DNA of 64,000 bases from a candidate division WOR-3 bacterium. GTDB lineage: Bacteria > Hydrothermota > Tepidihabitantia > Tepidihabitantales > Tepidihabitantaceae. Shown here piece by piece: positions 9,523-18,634 of this stretch. Numbering within the stretch: position 1 is the first letter of the stretch; each line of letters starts with the position of its first letter. The notes beneath the pieces are model-generated. The model was not told where the DNA came from, ran no database searches, and worked only from the letters and a program-made list of their open reading frames with translations. The DNA lies in NCBI GenBank assembly GCA_039801085.1, contig JBDRTY010000001.1:445538-509537 (forward strand), given 5' to 3'. Position numbers and translations under genes: made by a program.

Positions 9523-9583
9523 TTTGAGACAATTTTTATCATAATTTGAGACATTCAAGCCTCCTGTCTCGATAGATGAGACA
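9523..9583. promoter_or_regulatory. Putative UAS for the sigma-54 promoter: two direct TTTGAGACA repeats 22 nt apart plus the palindrome TGTCTC-N7-GAGACA
   Basis: Repeats at about 9523-9531 and 9545-9553; inverted pair at 9565-9583. The block sits about 75-135 nt upstream of the -24 element, directly after the EBP stop codon. Confidence 0.4.
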
Positions 9584-9657
9584 TCCACTAAAACCAGCCG
9601 GCGCTTTTTTGTTGTAATATATTGTAATTATAATACTTATAATAGTGAAATTTAATC

Positions 9658-9673
9658 TGGCACATTTTTTGCA
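9658..9673 (+). promoter_or_regulatory. Sigma-54 (RpoN) promoter, TGGCAC-N5-TTGCA with exact -24 GG / -12 GC spacing
   Basis: ctgGCACatttttTGCAtc. GG at 9659-9660 and GC at 9671-9672 are 12 nt apart. It is preceded by a very AT-rich tract (possible IHF/bending site) and followed about 60 nt later by a small ORF with a strong SD. Confidence 0.6.
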
Positions 9674-9732
9674 TCTCGTTGATACGATGGCGAACAAAAG
9701 ACAGTAAATGAAATTGAAAGAAAGGAGCAAAA

Positions 9733-9933
9733 ATGTTTAATAGAGGTGTAGAGAGAGTAATGCAGATACTTCTGGTCGGTGTGTTTGGGGTAGCCGGATT
9801 GATGGTTGCTAAGCTGAGGTCTGTAGATAAGGGGGCACTGGATCCGAAGATCAATCTTCATGAATCGATGCGGGATTATCAGATCAAGAAGATCGCCACT
9901 GAGCGGATGCTGGTTGATAATATCTATCGATAA
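9733..9933 (+). CDS. Small single-pass membrane protein (66 aa), hypothetical; sigma-54-driven
   Basis: AAAGGAGCAAAAATG ribosome-binding site. One N-terminal TM helix (QILLVGVFGVAGLMVA) followed by a charged soluble tail. Confidence 0.4.
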   Translation: MFNRGVERVMQILLVGVFGVAGLMVAKLRSVDKGALDPKINLHESMRDYQIKKIATERMLVDNIYR

Positions 9934-9951
9934 ACCTCTGGGGAGGTAGAA

Positions 9952-10167
9952 ATGACGGGAGTAGCAATGAGAAAATGGGTGGAGGCAGGCTTGGGAGTCG
10001 GGCTGCTGGTGACTGAAGTTTTTATCGCCAGGATGCGCATGAGCGAATCGGAACCGCAGTTCACTCCGATTTCCAATTCAGTGGTCGCGGTTAATGCAGC
10101 AGGAAAGGAGGGTTGGCGCTCTTACAAATCGGGAATTGCTGGCGTTCGCCTGTCTGGCGAAAATTGA
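9952..10167 (+). CDS. Small single-pass membrane protein (71 aa), hypothetical; second gene of the sigma-54 transcription unit
   Basis: GGGGAGGTAGAAATG ribosome-binding site, 19 nt after the previous stop. TM helix AGLGVGLLVTEVFIA. Confidence 0.35.
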   Translation: MTGVAMRKWVEAGLGVGLLVTEVFIARMRMSESEPQFTPISNSVVAVNAAGKEGWRSYKSGIAGVRLSGEN

Positions 10168-10238
10168 ATTTTCGGAGTTGAAAGGTGAGGGATATGATCA
10201 GCGGGGTTATGTAAACCGAGCCAGACCGCGCCTCTACC

Positions 10239-10270
10239 GGGGCTGACCGGTAATATTACCGGTCAGCCCC
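10239..10270. terminator. Perfect 14-bp inverted repeat (GGGGCTGACCGGTAA-T-ATTACCGGTCAGCCCC) between convergent genes; candidate bidirectional terminator
   Basis: Hairpin read directly in the sequence. There is no U-tract on either side, so intrinsic-terminator function is uncertain. Confidence 0.35.
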
Positions 10271-10293
10271 GAACAGTTTCAGATTAACGGCAG

Positions 10294-13200
10294 TTATTTT
10301 AACCTGAGAATGCGTAGTGTCTGCTGTTCTGCCTGAGATTCCAGTTGGACAAAATAGACTCCAGGCGCCAGTTTTTCGCTGTTAACAGCGAACTGATGAT
10401 TGCCGGCATCAAGGCTGCCAGAAAACAGCCGCGTGACGGTTCTGCCCGCAATGTCATGCACCGTGAGGCGCAGTCGGGAATGTAGGGGGAGGTGCAGGTG
10501 GACAGTTGTTGTCCGATTAAAAATGCTGGGTTCAATACTGAAATTGATCAAGTCCGATCTACTCAGGTTCTGGGATTCCTGCATACCGACATTCTGATCA
10601 TACCACTCCTGAACCGTCTGGCAGGTATTGAGGAATGAGATTGAGTCCGGTGCGCCAATAAAGGCGAATGCCATGCGTCTTTTCCCTGCACCCGGCATCA
10701 GGTCAAATGGTCCGGTGCTGACTGAGATTGACCAGTTGAAGGGGTGATCACTTTGTCTTACACCCAAGTTGCCGGTAATGGCGCGATATTTCATATCTTC
10801 GGTCATTGCTGAATCCGGATAGACATAAACTGCATGGTCAATACAGGTGAGACGAACCGGTGTGGCGGGATAGAGCTGTTTGATGCCGAGGAAGCGACTG
10901 GGGTTATTGACATTCCGCATCACTGCTGTCCGTTGTTCAGGAAATGTCCAGGCAAGGTCGTGCAGCCTGTCGGTAGCAATCACATCAAAATCGGCAAGGA
11001 TGCCAGCATAGAGGTTGTTCAGTTCAACAGCTCCCGCATTCCACAGGTCATAAACGAGAATCACTGTATTCCGCGGTCCGGGTGGTGCCGGCACAAGCGC
11101 CCGCTGATCAACGATCACTGATTTCGCCCGGGGGTGATTCAGATCAGTAAAGCTTGCCTGCAGCAGCTGCGCGGAGTTCCAGACAGGCAGGCGGGTGCGG
11201 ATGCTGTCATTCAGTTGCCAGTCTCGGTCAATTCCATGCTGACGGTAAAACCGGTCAACTAAGTAATCCGGGCTATTGCCCAGGGTAAAGCTGGCAAGAT
11301 AAAGGCTTGATGTATCGTTGATAGGATACCGGAAGCCTCTGCCCTGCCGACCATCGTCAGTATCATAGCCGATACCGCCCCGGGCGGTTACAGTCAGAGC
11401 ACAGTTGTCAGCGGAGATATCTGCCCAGGTTCTGCCCGAATACCCAAGATTAATCGAAAACATGGTCTGCCAGCTGTTCTGGTCCGAGTGGATGTAAAGG
11501 GTGAATTCTGGTCCGGACCCTGGAGGAGCAGAACACACTGCGGTGATCGTGATGTTTTCTGCAGTTGCGGATTCGCCGGGCAGGATGGTGCCCAGAATTG
11601 CGGTTGTATCAATGATTTCAATATAAGGGCTGGTTTCTGTCAGCGTCAGGCGCACCGAAGTTGCCGGTCCGGTGCCGGTGTTTTTAATCGTGATTTTCAA
11701 TCGCGCAGTTTCCCCCGGTTCCAGGATGTGGTTGGGATTGGATTGAAGGGTATCATCAATTTCGTAACGACAATAAACAAGATACGGTTCAGCTGCTCCC
11801 TGAAGCACAGTTACAATCTTGGTGGCAGGAAGGTTGTTGTGCCGGATTGCTGTGAGCTGGAGTTCGCCCGGTGTGAACGGATGGATATTGATGTTGACTT
11901 GACCGTTGCTGCCGGTAATTCCGGTAACCAATACCTCATTATCTTTACAGGCAGTAACCGTAACACCAGATGCAGGGTTTGTGTTTTCGTAAACATTCAC
12001 TGACAGGGTCTGACTGCCGGTAGTGATCGTATCCGGAGCGGTAATGGTCATATTCCGGGGCGGTGCAGTCCAGATGTCCAGTGTCGGGTCGCCTAGGAGA
12101 TTGAATTCAGTCAGGCACCAGCGCCAGAGTGAGGAGTAGATGGCAGAGCCTGCGTACTCTTCACGAGACCGGTTATGGGCAGGACCCAGCAGGTATTCGG
12201 AGCGGGCGAGCAGATAGTCATAGAACCGGACACAGAGTTTTTCCGAGGGTCCCATTACCGGCGGCGTACCCCAGCCGTAGCGGGAGTTCATCATCACCCC
12301 AATTGCGCCGCCATCAGGACAGTTTAGTGCTACTTCTGCCAGGCAATCCTCGGCTTCAAAGTTTCCCGGATTGCACGCAAGTGAAGTAATGATTGAATAC
12401 CGGTTGTGGTTAGTCTGATAACCGGCATAGCTGGTCGTATATATTGGGGTTCCATTTTCGTCATAAACACCACTCTCATTACCATGACCAGCCGGGTCAA
12501 AAATCAAAAAGCCGTTGTTAAAAGAGTCAGCTACAACACCAGCGCCGGGGGGATTTTCCATTTTCCGGTCGGTCCATCCCGATGGTGTCAGTTCGGCGAT
12601 GGAGTCATTCACAAATTTGCCGTGATAATTAAGGGAGCGCCAGAGCCAGCCTGAGGGCAAAAGGGAACGCTGAATATAATCAGCAGCGGGTGTGTTTTCA
12701 AAGGCGAGGACCTTGCTGATGAAGTTCCGTACCTGTTCCCGTGTCTCTACTGATGCCCGTCCGACAAAAACATCGGCATACAGGTCGACCGAGTCGTCCA
12801 TTTCGCCAAACAGGTTGTTATGGTTTGAGTCCCAGGAGTAGTCCAGGTCTCCGTAATACAGATCAGTGGGAATCATTCCCTGTTCATTGCCAACATTAAC
12901 ACAGATCTGACGGGATGGTATCTGCCGGTTATCACCAGCAAGTAAAACATAGACCACACCCCGGTTATGGTAATAGTCAATGATGTGATTTCTTATTTTT
13001 TCCTGAAGGTCCCGACCTGGATAATTGGCTTCAATCCAGTCGGTAGTTCGGATTTCGGTGCGCATTCCGCGCTGGCGCCGGTATTCAAGATAGGGCTGAA
13101 AGCTTTCGCTCAGTTCCCTGCTGGTGATAATCAGATAGTCGATTGACAGTTGGTCTTTCTCAAAAATAGGAGGTGCGAATGTTGTTAGATCTTCGGGATT

Positions 13201-13791
13201 AACGACCAGTGGTCTCAGGTTCTGGAGCTGCTGATTACGCTGGAATATGGTGATGGGAGTGACTGGAGTTAATCCGGGTTCAAATGTAACAGTAAGGCTG
13301 ATTTCAGTATGCAGCAGCAGACGGCCGGAAAGGGGAAAATAAGTGAACGGGCAGATGAGAAGATTAACCAGTTGAAATCCACCGGCATGATGAACTGAAT
13401 AATTGACGAGTGGCTGAGCCGGCCAGGGTTCATCCGAGCGGTAAATTACAGTGTCGGGCGGACAGAATTCAGGAAGTTGAGATGCAGAAATTGTTACCGG
13501 GAACTGACCGGGCAGGATAATGAATTTGCCTTCAATCTGGTTGGTGGTCGCCGGTGATGCATCAATCCGATGAAGCCGGGCATCGGCCGGAATCACCAAG
13601 GTAATGCTGATTATCGGCAGCAGCGGTCTGCCCGGTTCGGGGATGAAAAATGTACCATCCAGAGTAATCCGGTCAAAGCCCCGATAACTGTCGATCTTCG
13701 GTTTTTCCGGTGTGATTCTAAGCGTATGATTGACGACATTACCTGAGCCGGCGCCGGCAATCATGAAAAAAAACAGCAATACCTTTCGCAA
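10294..13791 (-). CDS. Gingipain-like cysteine peptidase, family C25, with C-terminal T9SS sorting domain
   Basis: 1165 aa with signal peptide. The C25 catalytic core is recognizable (VYVLLAGDNRQIPS...DLYYGDLDYSWDSN...FDPAGHGNESG...SLACNPGNFEAED, His-Gly and Ala-Cys dyad). Ig-like middle domains. The CTD VHDIAGRTVTRLFSG...GVYFVQLESQAEQQTLRILRLK is of Por_Secre_tail type. Confidence 0.75.
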   Translation of the reverse strand: MRKVLLFFFMIAGAGSGNVVNHTLRITPEKPKIDSYRGFDRITLDGTFFIPEPGRPLLPIISITLVIPADARLHRIDASPATTNQIEGKFIILPGQFPVTISASQLPEFCPPDTVIYRSDEPWPAQPLVNYSVHHAGGFQLVNLLICPFTYFPLSGRLLLHTEISLTVTFEPGLTPVTPITIFQRNQQLQNLRPLVVNPEDLTTFAPPIFEKDQLSIDYLIITSRELSESFQPYLEYRRQRGMRTEIRTTDWIEANYPGRDLQEKIRNHIIDYYHNRGVVYVLLAGDNRQIPSRQICVNVGNEQGMIPTDLYYGDLDYSWDSNHNNLFGEMDDSVDLYADVFVGRASVETREQVRNFISKVLAFENTPAADYIQRSLLPSGWLWRSLNYHGKFVNDSIAELTPSGWTDRKMENPPGAGVVADSFNNGFLIFDPAGHGNESGVYDENGTPIYTTSYAGYQTNHNRYSIITSLACNPGNFEAEDCLAEVALNCPDGGAIGVMMNSRYGWGTPPVMGPSEKLCVRFYDYLLARSEYLLGPAHNRSREEYAGSAIYSSLWRWCLTEFNLLGDPTLDIWTAPPRNMTITAPDTITTGSQTLSVNVYENTNPASGVTVTACKDNEVLVTGITGSNGQVNINIHPFTPGELQLTAIRHNNLPATKIVTVLQGAAEPYLVYCRYEIDDTLQSNPNHILEPGETARLKITIKNTGTGPATSVRLTLTETSPYIEIIDTTAILGTILPGESATAENITITAVCSAPPGSGPEFTLYIHSDQNSWQTMFSINLGYSGRTWADISADNCALTVTARGGIGYDTDDGRQGRGFRYPINDTSSLYLASFTLGNSPDYLVDRFYRQHGIDRDWQLNDSIRTRLPVWNSAQLLQASFTDLNHPRAKSVIVDQRALVPAPPGPRNTVILVYDLWNAGAVELNNLYAGILADFDVIATDRLHDLAWTFPEQRTAVMRNVNNPSRFLGIKQLYPATPVRLTCIDHAVYVYPDSAMTEDMKYRAITGNLGVRQSDHPFNWSISVSTGPFDLMPGAGKRRMAFAFIGAPDSISFLNTCQTVQEWYDQNVGMQESQNLSRSDLINFSIEPSIFNRTTTVHLHLPLHSRLRLTVHDIAGRTVTRLFSGSLDAGNHQFAVNSEKLAPGVYFVQLESQAEQQTLRILRLK

Positions 13792-13858
13792 TTTTCCTCC
13801 TGTGTTTAATTCAAATAATTCTAACTGCTAATTTCTGTCAGGCAATAAAAACCGGTTT

Positions 13859-14617
13859 TTACTTCTGTTCCGATGGTGTTTCTTCCCTTTGGGGCGGTTC
13901 TTCAGGAGCATTGCCTCCCTCAATCTCTATTCTGCTTTTCAGTTTCGGTTTTTCGTGGCTGAATCCGCCAAAGATCACATTCAGACTGAACCAGAGATTG
14001 TTGCCCGGCATTTGCGGACCCCGCAGGATTGCGCCGCCGTCCCCCAGTTCCCAGTTCGCGCCCAAAGGGCCGAAATTATACCCCCCGCGCAGTTCCAGTC
14101 CGATAAAGGACAAGGGTAAAATCAGTGCGAGCTGCGGGTTGAGGTTGAAGCCGGAGAAGTTCAGAGTTGAAGTTCTTCCCGGATGTGCCAGCAGGGAGTC
14201 AAAACTCGGGACAGTGTGGTTTTCCGGGCTAAGACTGATGGAATAGCCGCTGCCACCGATACCGAGACCGGCAATCACCAGCAGATGTTTGAAATCTAAA
14301 ATGATGTAGCCGGCACGGAATTCTCCACCACCGTAATTTACCCGGCAGAGGAGTTTCAGGGATTCTGATGTAACAGATTGCGCTCCTCCCCACCCGGCGC
14401 CTCCGATAAGTACCCGGTTTGCCAGTGCATAACCACCGCCCCCAAACAGCCAGTGCCGTGAATTGAGGTTAGTAAAACCATTGCGCTGAAATGTAGTGTT
14501 GAGGTCATCGTATTTCAGCAGTGCCAAGGTGGGACCAAAAGCACCGTAGCCCCCTGCAGTGGTTCGGGCCAAGGCAAGGGTTAGAAGAAACAGCAAGAGT
14601 CCGACTGTTTTTTTCAT
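13859..14617 (-). CDS. Predicted outer-membrane beta-barrel protein (signal peptide, Gly/aromatic-rich beta strands, acidic C-terminal tail), hypothetical
   Basis: MKKTVGLLLFLLTLALA signal peptide, alternating hydrophobic patterns, terminal EEPPQREETPSEQK. It lies immediately upstream of, and co-directional with, the C25 peptidase. Confidence 0.4.
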   Translation of the reverse strand: MKKTVGLLLFLLTLALARTTAGGYGAFGPTLALLKYDDLNTTFQRNGFTNLNSRHWLFGGGGYALANRVLIGGAGWGGAQSVTSESLKLLCRVNYGGGEFRAGYIILDFKHLLVIAGLGIGGSGYSISLSPENHTVPSFDSLLAHPGRTSTLNFSGFNLNPQLALILPLSFIGLELRGGYNFGPLGANWELGDGGAILRGPQMPGNNLWFSLNVIFGGFSHEKPKLKSRIEIEGGNAPEEPPQREETPSEQK

Positions 14618-14773
14618 GTTACCTCCATTTGATGGATGTTATGTCTATAATTAAAACTTAAATTATAGTAAGGAGGAAGTCAAGCAAAGATTTCCGGCTT
14701 GACCTAAATTCAGTCGTTTTTATAATTATATATTAGTGTCAATCCATTGAAAAATAGATAAAAGGAGGATATT

Positions 14774-15955
14774 GTGGCAAAGAGAACAATTGTAACTATG
14801 CCCGGGGACGGAATTGGCAGGATTGTCTTACCCGAGGCGCTGCGCGTGCTGCGGGCGGTCGGGTTTGATGCAGAGTTCGTGCATGGTGATGTTGGCTGGG
14901 AGTTCTGGTGTAAGGAAGGGAATGCCCTGCCGGAGCGGACGATAAAATTGCTTGAGGAACACAAAATTGGCCTGTTTGGTGCTATTACCTCTAAGCCCAA
15001 GGATAAGGCGGAGGCAGAACTGGACCCGGCGCTTAAAGGGAAAGGGTATGTGTATTATTCTCCGATTGTGACTATGCGCCAGCATTTCAATCTTGATATC
15101 TGTATCCGGCCCTGTCGATCGTTTCCGGGTAATCCGCTGAACTTTATCCGGCGTAAGGGCGATGGGTTCGAGGAGCCCAAAGTTGATGTGGTAATTTTCC
15201 GTCAAAATACTGAGTGTCTTTATGCCGGCGTGGAGTGGACCAATCCCCCGGCTGAGGTCCGCAGGGCACTGGAGACGCACAAGAAGATGAAGGCATTTGC
15301 CCATGTGCCTTCTGAGGATATGGCAATTTCCCTGAGGATTTTTACCCGTCCGGCATGTCAGCGGATCATCCGCGCCGCATTTGATTATGCCCGTCAGCAT
15401 GGCTACAAATCGGTTACTATCTGTGAGAAACCGAATGTTGTGCGCGAGACCAGCGGGATGATGGAACTGGAGGCTAAGAAGATCGCCGCTGAGTATCCTG
15501 ATATTCAACTCTGGTCGGTCAATATTGATGCGATGATGATGTGGATGACTAAGAACCCAGAGGACTACGGGGTGATTGTTTCCGGAAATATGTTTGGCGA
15601 TATCGTATCCGACGGCTTTGCCGGACTAGTGGGCGGGCTGGGGTTCGCCTATTCAGCAAACATCGGACCGGAAGTGGCAGTTTTTGAGCCAACCCACGGT
15701 TCAGCGCCCAAATATGAGCGGCTCTCGCCTTCAATCGTTAATCCAATTGCGATGATCATGGCAGCAGCGATGATGCTCGATTATATCGGAGAGAAGGAAA
15801 AGGCGGATCGGATCGAAAAGGCAGTGGCAAGGGTAGTTGCCGAGGGCAGAGTTAGGACTTATGACATGCTCCGCCTGTCCGGCGGTCCGGATGTATTCCA
15901 GCATGGTGCGGCATCGACTCAGAAAATGACCGATGCAATTATTGCAGCGCTGTGA
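14774..15955 (+). CDS. Beta-decarboxylating dehydrogenase of the isocitrate/isopropylmalate dehydrogenase family (IDH-like)
   Basis: GDGIGRIV N-terminal motif. TMRQHFNLDICIRPCRSF resembles IDH (LRQELDLYICLRPVRYY). NMFGDIVSDGFAGLVGGLGFAYSANIG resembles E. coli IDH [27 protein letters not shown]. GTG start with AAAGGAGG SD, preceded by TTGACC-N16-TATAAT. Confidence 0.7.
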   Translation: MAKRTIVTMPGDGIGRIVLPEALRVLRAVGFDAEFVHGDVGWEFWCKEGNALPERTIKLLEEHKIGLFGAITSKPKDKAEAELDPALKGKGYVYYSPIVTMRQHFNLDICIRPCRSFPGNPLNFIRRKGDGFEEPKVDVVIFRQNTECLYAGVEWTNPPAEVRRALETHKKMKAFAHVPSEDMAISLRIFTRPACQRIIRAAFDYARQHGYKSVTICEKPNVVRETSGMMELEAKKIAAEYPDIQLWSVNIDAMMMWMTKNPEDYGVIVSGNMFGDIVSDGFAGLVGGLGFAYSANIGPEVAVFEPTHGSAPKYERLSPSIVNPIAMIMAAAMMLDYIGEKEKADRIEKAVARVVAEGRVRTYDMLRLSGGPDVFQHGAASTQKMTDAIIAAL

Positions 15956-16539
15956 GGGGTTTGATGATTACCGCAGATGAAATCCGAAAGCTGTTTCAGC
16001 ATCAGCTGGAGAGAATAAAGGATGAAAAACTGCGGGAGCAGGTGGTCCAGGTGTGGGTGACAGCAGCAGCACTCGGAGGCTGGGAGTCGATTGAGGACCT
16101 GCAGCGCCTGCCATTTACCATTCTGACCGATACAAAGGGGATCAATATTGTTGAGCATACGATCGCGGTAACCGAAGGGGCGCTGGGATTAGCAGAGGCA
16201 CAACTGCGCGCCTACCGTCAGATGCCTTATCCGGTAAATTTTGACCGGTTGATTGCAGGTGGACTGTTACATGATGTGGGTAAGCTTGTGGAGGTGCATC
16301 CTGATGGCAAAGGTGGTTACAAGAAAAGTCGGGCAGGTGAATTGGCCCGTCATCCAATTTCCGGGGCGATCATCGCTGCCAAGGTCGGGCTATCCGATGA
16401 CGTAATCAATACAATCGCCTGTCATGCGAAGGAGGGGGAGGGTGCACCCAAAGTGCTGGAGACGGTGCTGATTCATCAGGCTGATTTTGCCACTTTTGAC
16501 CCCCTTGTCATGATGCAGAAAGGACAGCTGATTTTATGA
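15952..16539 (+). CDS. HD-domain metal-dependent phosphohydrolase
   Basis: H...HD(VGK)...H...D spacing (EHTIAV...LLHDVGKL...HPISGA...HQADF). Overlaps the neighbours by 4 nt on each side. Confidence 0.55.
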   Translation: MRGLMITADEIRKLFQHQLERIKDEKLREQVVQVWVTAAALGGWESIEDLQRLPFTILTDTKGINIVEHTIAVTEGALGLAEAQLRAYRQMPYPVNFDRLIAGGLLHDVGKLVEVHPDGKGGYKKSRAGELARHPISGAIIAAKVGLSDDVINTIACHAKEGEGAPKVLETVLIHQADFATFDPLVMMQKGQLIL

Positions 16540-18338
16540 GTATGACCATTGTTGAGAAGATTATCGCCCAACACTCCGGGCGAACACAGGTACAGCCGGG
16601 CGATATTGTGGAAATGAAGATCGATGTCCGCGTGGCGCGCGATTTTGGCGGTGCAAATGTGGTCAAGGAGCTCGAGGAACATGGGCTTGGTGTTGACGAC
16701 CCGAAACGGACTTTCTTTACATTTGATTGCAATCCCACCGGTTCCGATCAGAAGTATGCAGCGAATCAGCAGCTCTGTCGGGAGTTTGCCCGGAAATGGG
16801 GGATCAGAATCTTTGATATCGATGCGGGTATCGGCACCCATCTTGCAATTGATGAAGGTCTGGCAGGCCCGGGCGATACTTTGGTCTCCACCGATTCGCA
16901 TGCAAATATTCTTGGCGCAATCGGTGCCTTCGGGCAGGGGATGGGCGATAGGGATATCGCCTATGCTTGGGCTAAGGGAAAAGTCTGGTTTGAAGTGCCC
17001 CCAACTGTGCGGGTTGAACTGAACGGCATGCCATCTGTATCAGTTACCCCTAAGGATGTCGGTCTGGCGCTTTTACGTTACTTCGGTGCAAACGGACTGT
17101 TAGGTTGTGCGGCCGAGGTGTATGGTGAATATGCGCACCAGTTGAGCCTTGACGGCCGGATAACAGTCGCCTCCCTGGGAACCGAAATGGGGGCGATTAT
17201 TATTCTATTTCCGCCCAGTGCTGAGGTGCTTGAATACTGCCGGCAGCGGATCGGTAGAACGGTGGAACCGGTTTATGCCGATCCGGATGCAAATTATCTG
17301 CGAGTTGACCGTGTTGATCTTGCCGGAATCGAACCGCTCATCTCCCGGCCCGGACATCCGGAGGATGTAGTAACGGTAACGAGTGTCGCCGGGAGAAAGG
17401 TTGATTCGGTTTTTATCGGTTCCTGCACGAATGGCCGAATGGAGGATCTCCGAGTGGTGGCAGAGGTGTTGAAAGGCAGAAGGGTAGCACCTGGAGTTGT
17501 GCTCAAAATTGTGCCGGCAACCGATGCTATCTGGCAACAGTGTCTTCGAACCGGTTTAATGGAGATTTTTAAACAGGCAGGAGCGCTCGTCGGTAATGCC
17601 GGCTGTGCCGGATGTGCTGCCGGACAGATTGGTCAGAACGGTCCCGGGGAGGTGACAGTTTCTACCGGCAACCGTAATTTTACCGGTAAGCAGGGGAAGG
17701 GCGAGGTTTATCTGGCATCGCCGGCAACTGCCGCGGCTTCAGCGGTTGCCGGTATCATTACCACCAGCGACCGCATCCCCCCCGTGCCGGTTACATTTGA
17801 GAGTAGGGAACCGGCGAAGATAATTACTGCTGCGCCGACACAACCGGCATCTGTGCCGCCGCTGGTGATCACGGGTCGGGTCTGGGTAGTCAGAAAGGAC
17901 AATGTCGACACGGATCAGATTTACCATAACCGGCATCTCACTGTAACCGACATCCGGGAGATGGGACAGTTCGCCTTTGGCAATCTGCCCGGCTGGGAAG
18001 ACTTTCCCCAAAAGGCACAGCCGGGCGATATTATCGTTACCGGTGCTAACTTTGGTGCCGGTTCTTCCCGACAGCAAGCAGTGGACTGTTTTAAAAGCCT
18101 GGGGATTGCGCTGATCATTGCCCGATCGTTCGGTGCAATCTATTTCCGAAATGCAGTTAATGCCGGACTGGCAGTAATGACAGCGGATTTGATGGATTAT
18201 GTTCAGAACGGAGATCAAATTCAGGTAAACCTGAAAACCGGAGAAATTATTCTGCTGGATAAAAAAATCCGCCTTCAGGGGAAACCATTTTCCCAGGTGC
18301 AACTGGAGATCTACCAGAGGGGCGGATTATTGAGTTAA
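16536..18338 (+). CDS. Aconitase-superfamily hydratase: fused large (LeuC-like, type 2) and small (LeuD-like) subunits
   Basis: 600 aa. N-terminal MSMTIVEKIIAQHSG... with the STDSHANILGA and Fe-S ligand region GSCTNGR...GCAGCAAG. The C-terminal about 170 aa carry the swivel-domain signature (VWVVRKDNVDTDQIY...GANFGAGSSRQQAV). Confidence 0.7.
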   Translation: MSMTIVEKIIAQHSGRTQVQPGDIVEMKIDVRVARDFGGANVVKELEEHGLGVDDPKRTFFTFDCNPTGSDQKYAANQQLCREFARKWGIRIFDIDAGIGTHLAIDEGLAGPGDTLVSTDSHANILGAIGAFGQGMGDRDIAYAWAKGKVWFEVPPTVRVELNGMPSVSVTPKDVGLALLRYFGANGLLGCAAEVYGEYAHQLSLDGRITVASLGTEMGAIIILFPPSAEVLEYCRQRIGRTVEPVYADPDANYLRVDRVDLAGIEPLISRPGHPEDVVTVTSVAGRKVDSVFIGSCTNGRMEDLRVVAEVLKGRRVAPGVVLKIVPATDAIWQQCLRTGLMEIFKQAGALVGNAGCAGCAAGQIGQNGPGEVTVSTGNRNFTGKQGKGEVYLASPATAAASAVAGIITTSDRIPPVPVTFESREPAKIITAAPTQPASVPPLVITGRVWVVRKDNVDTDQIYHNRHLTVTDIREMGQFAFGNLPGWEDFPQKAQPGDIIVTGANFGAGSSRQQAVDCFKSLGIALIIARSFGAIYFRNAVNAGLAVMTADLMDYVQNGDQIQVNLKTGEIILLDKKIRLQGKPFSQVQLEIYQRGGLLS

Positions 18339-18634
18339 TGTCCCAGTGTCTTTATTCGTTCGGTTCGGCGGACGACATGATAGAGTACGGCACCGATAAC
18401 ATAAGTGAATAAGACTGCGATTGCCCAGAGAGCCCGCTGTCCTTTTTCATCAGTTTCTTTAGTTAGGATGTCAATCAGCGTCCATCCCCAGAAAACGAAT
18501 AAACTGAGGGATATGAGCCAGCCGAGGGGAGTACCCCACCGAAAATTATGCAAAGGACCAAAGGTGCACCAAGGGTAAGGGGTACAGTTCATGCTATTTT
18601 CCCAGTTTACGGATGCGTTCGGGTCGCCGGACAA
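18335..18634 (-). CDS. PLDc_N-like mini membrane protein (two TM helices), paralogue 1
   Basis: W..LIDILTKETDEKGQRALWAIAVLFTYVIGAVLYHVVRR matches the standalone cardiolipin-synthase N-terminal (PLDc_N) pattern. An alternative start at M15 (about 18592) would abut the upstream paralogue. Confidence 0.45.
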   Translation of the reverse strand: MSGDPNASVNWENSMNCTPYPWCTFGPLHNFRWGTPLGWLISLSLFVFWGWTLIDILTKETDEKGQRALWAIAVLFTYVIGAVLYHVVRRTERIKTLGH

